Origin: Candidatus Margulisiibacteriota bacterium
GTDB lineage: Bacteria > Margulisbacteria > WOR-1 > O2-12-FULL-45-9
Reading direction: 5' to 3'
NCBI GenBank assembly: GCA_034723395.1
Contig: JAYEOW010000029.1
Span: 73,293-137,292, forward strand
Length of the DNA: 64,000 bases
A program made the position numbers and the translations under genes. The number at the start of each line of letters is the position of its first letter. Positions within the stretch are counted from its first letter, which is position 1. The notes below the pieces were generated by a model. The model worked only from the letters and a program-made list of their open reading frames with translations, was not told where the DNA came from and made no database searches. Shown here in pieces: positions 58,337 through 64,000 of the stretch.

Positions 58337-60663
58337 TATACTGGACCTCCCTTGAGAACAAGGCTGGATACTTTGGCCATTAGCATAGGATATTGTAATT
58401 GGACATCCGGATCGGATGAATATTCGGCAAGTATCCTGCTGAGATTTTGCACGACAGTTTGTAGGTCTTTTGCAGTTAACATGTCAGGTTTTGTGAATAG
58501 ATCCTGCTGGACAGTTAACATATAAGTGATCACGCTTGCCCGGTTTTGGAGATCAAATTCGCCAGCTTTAGGCAGTAACGTTACATCATCAAGCGTGCTC
58601 TCGGGTATTTCCGGCGCCTTGGGGGCGGCAGGCTTGAATGATGGCTGAAGGGTTCTTTTTGCGATCGCCGCTCCACTTGGCCTTGGTTCCACCCCTTTTT
58701 TTGCCGGTTTTTGGCCAGCCAGGGCATCTTCTTCAGGGACCTTTTGCATCGCAGTCGGCTCAAATGCCGCCGGAGCAAAGGATCCCGGGGTTCTTGGGGT
58801 AGCTTCGGTTTTTGTTTTACCATTTGAACCGCTCAGGGGTTTAAAGGCGGATGAGACGTCGGCCATAGAGTGGAAGTTGTGTTCCGGATCGTGCGATATC
58901 ATCTTGGTTACGATCTTGCGCAATCCCTCATGAGGAATGTCTTCTAGAGGAATGTCTTCTAGGGCTTTTTGAAGCATTGCCTGATATTTTGGCTCACCCG
59001 GATTTACCAAATATTTCATGTAGAATTCAGATTGTTTCAGGCTTTTTAACGGATTTTCTCCGGTTATACATTCGAGCATGGTAATTCCAAGCTCGTAGAT
59101 GTCAATTAAAGCGTTCAATCCTTTTTGGGTCTTTGCTATTACAGAGTAGGCGTAAGGGGCCATATAGTACGGGCTCCCGACGACATGCTGTCCGGCGGTC
59201 AGGGTCGCTTCGGTAGTATCTTTGGCAATACCAAAATCGATAATAACCACTTTTTCTTTGCCTTGAGCGTCTTTGGTGAGCACCAGGTTTTTTGGTTTAA
59301 TATCCCGGTGATAAATGTCGTGTTGATGGGCATAACTTAAGGCGTCGATTACCGGAGCAAAGAGCTTGATGGCGCGTTTGTGGGTAAGGCCGGTTTTGGC
59401 GATGCCATCGAGGTTTGGCGCCGGATCGTCTGAACCGGGCTTATCAGGGACAAACTCGGTTACGATAAAAATATCCCCCGCCTCCTTGAGCTGGCTGATC
59501 TCGAAGGTGTGTTTAAATTTTTCCGGTCTAGTAATGTTTGGAAATTTAACGTCTATATTTGTGTCTACGGTCGAACAGATATTAGGATGCTTTATTTTCT
59601 TGCCAGAGGTGAATTCGAGCCATGCGCGCTGTAAAAATGCCATGACCGTGTTTTTTGATTCTTCGGATTCCGAAATAGCCCCTTTTGCGGCAGTTGATAC
59701 CTTTAGCGCGTATTTGTGCCCGGTTACGTTTTCAACCAGAAGGACTTCGCCCATTCCGCCTTTTCCAATAACGCCTAACTCTTTATAATGGGAGAGGGTC
59801 CCCGAATAATCGAAAGCGGCCTGGTCAACGCCTCCAGTTTGAGGCAGGTCCATGCTATCAAGCGGGATAATTTCATCCGCAGCAGTTTTTCCGCCGGTAA
59901 CCGCCCTGTCGACTGCGGCATCCAGTTTTTCTCTATGCTCAGGAATAAACAGTTCGGTTACTTTGGTCCCTGCTTCGGTTGTTTTTGGTCTTCCATCAGC
60001 TCTGGTATAAGGGAGAAGCGCCTTCGCGAGAATATCCTCGTTATCAGTAAATGCATCATAAATTACTTTTTCTGCTTTTGATTTGATAATTTTTGTCGCG
60101 GCAAAATGGGTTATTCCGCCCAGGATAGCGCCAAGAAGCGCGTTGCTTCCAACAAGAACTCCAGCTGCGGCGGCCGCGCTTTTTCCTAATATTAACGGAA
60201 AGAATATTCCAACGCTGGCAAAAACGCTGACAAAAGGGAGGGCCGCCCCGATCGCGATCGGAAGGGCATATATTAAGGCTTTCCATTTTCCCGCCAACTT
60301 CGGTCCTGAAAAATTAGTGATCGCCTGGTCTATTTCTGCTACTTTTGCTTCTTGTCCGGGTGGGGGGAGGGGATCCACTTTCATAGTAGTTTTTGCGGGC
60401 GGATGTGGTGCTGTTGTAGTTGCGCCGGTTTTGGTGTTTATCTCTCCGCTTACCGATATGTTTGGGTTGCCTTTTAAAAGCGAATCAGGAGCTTTTGGAC
60501 CGCCGGATGAAGGAACGGTTCCCATTATCATCCAAAGCGGAGCGGTTAATAGCTGAAATAATTTTGGGTGGCGCTGAGAAAAAGGATTTCTCTGTTGTTT
60601 TGGCGGCGCCATTTTCTTTTGCAACTGATTTAATCTTACCGGGCTAATATATCTTCCGATCAT
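58336..60663 (-). CDS. Hanks-type Ser/Thr protein kinase with N-terminal TM segments and a C-terminal extension
   Basis: GVIGKGGMGEV (Gly loop), YHRDIKPKNLVL (catalytic loop), DFGIA and GSPYYMAP. The start was set at ATG 60663 (MIGRYISP, RBS GGGAGG) rather than the track start at 60708. Confidence 0.85.
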   Translation of the reverse strand: MIGRYISPVRLNQLQKKMAPPKQQRNPFSQRHPKLFQLLTAPLWMIMGTVPSSGGPKAPDSLLKGNPNISVSGEINTKTGATTTAPHPPAKTTMKVDPLPPPGQEAKVAEIDQAITNFSGPKLAGKWKALIYALPIAIGAALPFVSVFASVGIFFPLILGKSAAAAAGVLVGSNALLGAILGGITHFAATKIIKSKAEKVIYDAFTDNEDILAKALLPYTRADGRPKTTEAGTKVTELFIPEHREKLDAAVDRAVTGGKTAADEIIPLDSMDLPQTGGVDQAAFDYSGTLSHYKELGVIGKGGMGEVLLVENVTGHKYALKVSTAAKGAISESEESKNTVMAFLQRAWLEFTSGKKIKHPNICSTVDTNIDVKFPNITRPEKFKHTFEISQLKEAGDIFIVTEFVPDKPGSDDPAPNLDGIAKTGLTHKRAIKLFAPVIDALSYAHQHDIYHRDIKPKNLVLTKDAQGKEKVVIIDFGIAKDTTEATLTAGQHVVGSPYYMAPYAYSVIAKTQKGLNALIDIYELGITMLECITGENPLKSLKQSEFYMKYLVNPGEPKYQAMLQKALEDIPLEDIPHEGLRKIVTKMISHDPEHNFHSMADVSSAFKPLSGSNGKTKTEATPRTPGSFAPAAFEPTAMQKVPEEDALAGQKPAKKGVEPRPSGAAIAKRTLQPSFKPAAPKAPEIPESTLDDVTLLPKAGEFDLQNRASVITYMLTVQQDLFTKPDMLTAKDLQTVVQNLSRILAEYSSDPDVQLQYPMLMAKVSSLVLKGGPV

Positions 60664-60723
60664 TCTAATTATTCCTCCCAATCTATATTGTTCTTGCCCT
60701 AAAGGCACACTATCTCTATGTAT

Positions 60724-60751
60724 TTATCGGTAAGTTATCCATATAATTTCA
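60724..60751 (-). promoter_or_regulatory. Sigma-28 (FliA/SigD)-like promoter TGAAATTA-N12-ACCGATAA
   Basis: Matches the motif consensus. Lies about 60 nt upstream of the kinase start. Confidence 0.5.
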
Positions 60752-60867
60752 CTTTTTCGTCAAATTCTTTTTGGAAATTTTCCCGCGTTCATTATATATG
60801 TTGATGTTACGCGGGATCCCGCAGAGCGGGACACTTTTATGGGAAATAATTGTTAAGTAGTTTTGTA

Positions 60868-60904
60868 GTATTGTAGTGTTGTAGTTTTGGGGGTAATTGT
60901 CGAG
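60868..60904. repeat. GTAGT(N)TTGTAGT oligorepeat forming the left inverted repeat of the four-helix-bundle cassette
   Basis: gtagttttgtagtattgtagtgttgtagtttt is the reverse-complement partner of 61431-61460. Confidence 0.5.
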
Positions 60905-61008
60905 ATATTTTAGGTTTCAGCTGTGTTTGTGAGGGGGCAATGGGATTGCTATTCTATTCTTAAGTAGGATCGTAGTGTTGCAGTTAATAGTATAGGAGGA
61001 GATGGGAG

Positions 61009-61344
61009 ATGAATGGTTTTAAGGATTTGATAGTGTGGCAGAAGGGGTATGAGTTGTCGTTGTTGGTATATAAAATAACTAATAATTATCCAATGCGCTC
61101 CTGTTCAATTTCGGTTCCTGCTAACATTTCCGAGGGTTATGAGAGAAGAAGTAAAAAGGAGTATCTCTATTTTCTAAATGTAGCTAAGGGATCATTAGGT
61201 GAGCTGGAAACCTATTTATTGCTTTCTCGGGATTTGAATTTTATTAATGAGAATGAATGGAGAGAGCTAGAAGATCTGCGAGAAATAACTCTGCGCCTCC
61301 TAAGGGGTTTGATGAGGTCCGTTAGAGACAAGCTTAACCTTTAA
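61009..61344 (+). CDS. Four-helix-bundle protein (23S rRNA intervening-sequence protein family, Avd-like)
   Basis: FKDLIVWQKGYEL...SVPANISEGYERRSKKEYLYFLNVAKGSLGELETYLLLSRDL matches the TIGR02436-type pattern. Confidence 0.8.
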   Translation: MNGFKDLIVWQKGYELSLLVYKITNNYPMRSCSISVPANISEGYERRSKKEYLYFLNVAKGSLGELETYLLLSRDLNFINENEWRELEDLREITLRLLRGLMRSVRDKLNL

Positions 61345-61394
61345 CCGGTACTTTTCCATACTGAGTTTTACATTATATATAAGTGGGGGCGGGG

Positions 61395-61460
61395 ATGTAG
61401 TCTTGTAGTGTTGTAGTGTAGGAACCAATACTACGATACTACCACACTACAGCACTACTA
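61395..61460. repeat. Imperfect long hairpin (gtagtcttgtagtgttgtagtgtagg ... ctacgatactaccacactacagcactac), right end of the four-helix-bundle cassette
   Basis: Reverse-complement comparison done by eye. Confidence 0.5.
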
Positions 61461-61466
61461 AATCGC

Positions 61467-63068
61467 TCAGTCCCCCCAAAGCGAGATTGGGATCGAAGTG
61501 GTGTTTGTCTGATAGTTCTCGTCGGTAATTGTTAAGTATGCGGTGTGGGCAGCGTTGTTTCCCGCTCCCGGATTAGGATAGGCGTGAGAAAATAGTCCGG
61601 TTGCGTTGGATTCGGCCGGTGACCCGTCGCCGTAGAATAGCTCATAATTAATGATGCCGGCGCCAATTGGCGAGTAACTGTGGGTGGCGTCAAAATCGAT
61701 GTTATAGCCGGAACCAGGGCCGCTGGCTGGATTATGGGCAGCGGTGATGGCCGGCATAGGGACAGACTGACCATATACTTCTAATGTCCTGATATAATAA
61801 TTTGTTGTTTCATTATCTCCGGCAGTAACCAGACATTTAAAAGCGTAATTTCCCAGAAGATCAAAAGTATATGGAAGGAGAGTTGCTCCTGCGAAATTTT
61901 CGATCGTCTGTCCGTTGCCGTTTGGCCCCGGACGGGTAATTGTCCAGGAAAAGGTCGCCGCTGGATCGTCGGAATTACAGATAATATTCGGGTTCTCTGC
62001 TGTATCATCCAAACCGTAGGAATAGTTTAAATAACCGATGGTAACTGATGGTATTTCGGTATTAGTTGAAGGGTTGTTAATAACCAAACCTGCAGCGGCC
62101 GATTCGGGAATTAGAAAGGCGTTGGTGGATTTATCCTTAACTTTGATCCCGATCGGATAGTATCCGGGATTCCATTCGTTAGTGGTATTAATATCCGCAT
62201 AAAATGTGTTTAGCCCGGGAGTGGCTTCGTACGACTGATTATTAATAATGAAAAAGACCTGGAGATGGCCAGCTTCGGCCACTGGTGTATCATTGCAGTC
62301 AAAGATCGCTTCCATCGGGAAGAAGAGAGAGGCCGATTCTCCGGGAATGACTTCAGAGGGATCAACCTGAACTCTATATCCGGGGGTGACCTTTGGTTTT
62401 GGATAAAGATCGCAGGTATCTTGAGGCGGAGTAGAAAACTCAAGCTGAGTATAAATGAATTTTTCCAATAGCAGCTCTCCGCTTGAGTCTCTGATCTCAG
62501 CCCTGATCGGCGGGCCCCAGATCTCATTGGCAACGATCGATGCGGAGAAGATTTTCGTATCGGTATCATAGGCCATGGGGACGCCAACCGCAGTATCGCC
62601 GGAATCTAATGAAGAGTTTGCAAATAGGGTAACGGTAAGCGCAGCAGGATCATCAACACATTCGGGCTTGGTAATCGCGAGATCAAAGGAGACGGTTGAA
62701 CCCAGCTCTATCTTTCCCGAAGAGTTGAAGCTTGAAGCGTTGACCGTCAGGTTGCCGAAGGCGGAGTCTAAAGAGGTACAGCTTTCGTTAACATTCCCGC
62801 CGGTGATCCATTCCCCGCAGCCGACGGCTCCATCGGACTTTGAGGTCCAGAGATTCTTAACACCATTTACCAGGCGCTTGTACCAGGCCGGTTTGGCATT
62901 TGATTCGATCGCGGCGTGGAACTCGATCGCGAGCGGAGAGGCATATTTAACGTCTTCCGGAGCGCTCGGTTCTGGAGAAACGCACTGCTGGGAATTCATG
63001 TCGTAGGCGCTGACTAATTCCCCGTTTCTGTAAATATTGTATATTCCATTATCTCCAGCGATATCCAT
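61467..63068 (-). CDS. Signal-peptide-less protein (paralogue B): conserved N-terminal domain plus PKD domains
   Basis: N-terminus is homologous to paralogue A. C-terminal INYELFYGDGSPAESNATGLFSHAYPNPGAGNNAAHTAYLTITDENY matches the PKD motif. Confidence 0.8.
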   Translation of the reverse strand: MDIAGDNGIYNIYRNGELVSAYDMNSQQCVSPEPSAPEDVKYASPLAIEFHAAIESNAKPAWYKRLVNGVKNLWTSKSDGAVGCGEWITGGNVNESCTSLDSAFGNLTVNASSFNSSGKIELGSTVSFDLAITKPECVDDPAALTVTLFANSSLDSGDTAVGVPMAYDTDTKIFSASIVANEIWGPPIRAEIRDSSGELLLEKFIYTQLEFSTPPQDTCDLYPKPKVTPGYRVQVDPSEVIPGESASLFFPMEAIFDCNDTPVAEAGHLQVFFIINNQSYEATPGLNTFYADINTTNEWNPGYYPIGIKVKDKSTNAFLIPESAAAGLVINNPSTNTEIPSVTIGYLNYSYGLDDTAENPNIICNSDDPAATFSWTITRPGPNGNGQTIENFAGATLLPYTFDLLGNYAFKCLVTAGDNETTNYYIRTLEVYGQSVPMPAITAAHNPASGPGSGYNIDFDATHSYSPIGAGIINYELFYGDGSPAESNATGLFSHAYPNPGAGNNAAHTAYLTITDENYQTNTTSIPISLWGD

Positions 63069-63623
63069 TTATACCACGACCTCTCCAATCTTTAACTTTT
63101 TTAACAGTTTTACTTGTAATTTATGCGGAACCTTTTGGGCATCCAGTTCTCTTTTTAACGCTGTAATATCATCATCATTTTTTACGAGCGATTTCAGTTG
63201 ATTTATACTTTTTCGTTTTTTTACAAAACGGACCAGTTTTTCGACCCCCAGGGTCAAGAACCCTCCAACTACGCCGATCGTCCCAATCGCGGCGGCGGCA
63301 AAGCTCGAAGCTGCCAGGAGCAATGCTCCGCCAACGGCGACCCCGGCGGCGCCGATGGCTTTGGCGGTTGAAAACCTGACTTCGGGTTTCTTAGATGGCT
63401 CTACGATGTTTTTTGCGTCCACAATTACTTCGATGCCGGAGAGAACGGTTAAAATAGCGCCTGGAGCGATCGCTCCCAATCCCCAGATACCTACGGCGGC
63501 GGTTGGGATAACAAAGCCGGGTCTTTTCCTGGCAAAACGTACAGTCGCATAAGGAGAACGCGCGCTGTTATTATACTTCCGGACGGCAGTTCTTACTCGT
63601 GATGGTAATGTTGTTGCGATCAT
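63069..63623 (-). CDS. Small membrane protein (2-4 TM) with a C-terminal charged helix
   Basis: Hydrophobic segments FVIPTAAVGIWGLGAIAPGAILTVL and AIGAAGVAVGGALLLAASSFAAAAIGTIGVVGGFL. RBS GGAGGAAACAG. Confidence 0.7.
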   Translation of the reverse strand: MIATTLPSRVRTAVRKYNNSARSPYATVRFARKRPGFVIPTAAVGIWGLGAIAPGAILTVLSGIEVIVDAKNIVEPSKKPEVRFSTAKAIGAAGVAVGGALLLAASSFAAAAIGTIGVVGGFLTLGVEKLVRFVKKRKSINQLKSLVKNDDDITALKRELDAQKVPHKLQVKLLKKLKIGEVVV

Positions 63624-63642
63624 GCTGTTTCCTCCTAATACA

Positions 63643-63670
63643 TTATCGACACTTTTCGGGTAAAATTTCA
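63643..63670 (-). promoter_or_regulatory. Sigma-28 (FliA/SigD)-like promoter TGAAATTT-N12-GTCGATAA
   Basis: Matches the motif consensus. Lies 20 nt upstream of the start at 63623. Confidence 0.5.
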
Positions 63671-63678
63671 GCTAAAAT

Positions 63679-64000
63679 TTAAAAGCGGAGCAGCCAATTG
63701 AAACCGAGTCCCCAGCTCCAATACTTGAAGGTAGTAGTGTTCTGGTGAGATACGTTGCCGGTAAGCTGGATCCTGCCGTATTTTCCCATGTTATACTCAA
63801 GCCCAAGCCCCCACTGCCACGGGCCGGTGCCAATGGTGCGATGGGTGGTTATCCCTTGTGCCGGGTTATATTCCCGCTCATAAATTGGAATATTTACAAA
63901 GGCGCGTATTTTTAGCAAATTATGGCTGATTCTCGGCTTGAGGAGTTCGGCTAAGTCGAGTTCGTAATTTAAGCCGAGGGCCAAGGAGCGCCGATTGCGG
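63679..64000 (-). CDS. C-terminal part of an outer-membrane beta-barrel protein; 5' end beyond the right edge
   Basis: Ends ...WSWGLGFNWLLRF with an aromatic C-terminus, and has alternating hydrophobic residues. The frame remains open to the window edge. Confidence 0.55.
   Translation of the reverse strand, partial: RNRRSLALGLNYELDLAELLKPRISHNLLKIRAFVNIPIYEREYNPAQGITTHRTIGTGPWQWGLGLEYNMGKYGRIQLTGNVSHQNTTTFKYWSWGLGFNWLLRF

Noticed and set aside
60664-60708. N-terminal extension of the kinase ORF (MPLGQEQYRLGGIIR...)
   Set aside because: The ATG at 60663 is preceded by GGGAGG at a good spacing. The extension carries no RBS.
60709-63068. Diversity-generating retroelement (Avd-like gene next to a PKD-domain protein)
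   Set aside because: There is no reverse transcriptase ORF and no template/variable repeat pair anywhere in the window. The orientation is convergent. An RT just outside the window cannot be excluded.

Overview
This 64-kb window comes from a compact, gene-dense bacterial genome, probably an uncultivated diderm lineage: it carries SLH domains, outer-membrane beta-barrels and an LCP protein. Coding density is high, with several convergent gene overlaps.

The first 43 kb are mostly housekeeping and metabolism:
- **1-4.9 kb:** a partial trpE/pabB-like gene (5' part, runs off the left edge), a tRNA cluster (Met-CAT, Val-TAC, Val-CAC), an NSS-family Na+ symporter with translationally coupled small ORFs, a NodB-type polysaccharide deacetylase, a class II Fic protein and tRNA-Glu.
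- **5-14.6 kb:** a PorV/FadL-like outer-membrane barrel, then the rpoD-dnaG-dgt-ppdK block, tRNA-Ala and rsfS-LCP-yqeK.
- **14.7-21.8 kb:** a sugar nucleotidyltransferase, then three conserved hypothetical proteins (1039, 135 and 620 aa) and a SAM methyltransferase.
- **21.8-26.3 kb:** a multi-TM histidine kinase with GAF and PAS domains, and an NtrC-like response regulator.
- **26.3-32 kb:** glmM, a Memo-like plus AMMECR1 pair, and argCJB.
- **32-42.6 kb:** a carbohydrate operon on the minus strand: substrate-binding protein, glmS, a 1003-aa unknown protein, a GH42-like and a GH94 cellobiose-phosphorylase-like gene.

The last 21 kb (43-64 kb) is a minus-strand cell-envelope cluster:
- beta-barrel proteins, lipoproteins and a PorV-like barrel fused to three C-terminal SLH domains;
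- a large adhesin with He_PIG and IPT domains and a C-terminal T9SS/FlgD-Ig-like sorting domain, plus a propeller and Ig-like surface protein;
- a Hanks-type Ser/Thr kinase with a PP2C phosphatase, flanked by two paralogous signal-peptide-less proteins (one with PKD domains, one with an EF-hand-like loop);
- an Avd-like four-helix-bundle gene on the opposite strand, bracketed by inverted repeats.

Three things stand out beyond the gene list:
1. A conserved promoter motif, TGAAATTT-N12-(G/C)CCGATAA, sits upstream of at least six transcription units and resembles sigma-28/FliA/SigD promoters. It links the envelope cluster, the kinase-phosphatase module and the hypothetical genes at 18.7-21 kb into one putative alternative-sigma regulon.
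2. A family of palindromic MITE-like repeats (CCCTCACCC and GGGAGAGGG hairpins) is associated with a DUF559 gene. One copy is inserted in-frame into the trpE/pabB-like gene, and others supply start codons or ribosome-binding sites to downstream genes.
3. Around 47.6-52 kb, the PorV-like barrel with SLH domains sits next to cargo carrying a T9SS-type C-terminal domain, an unusual architectural combination.

No CRISPR array, rRNA gene or reverse transcriptase was seen.
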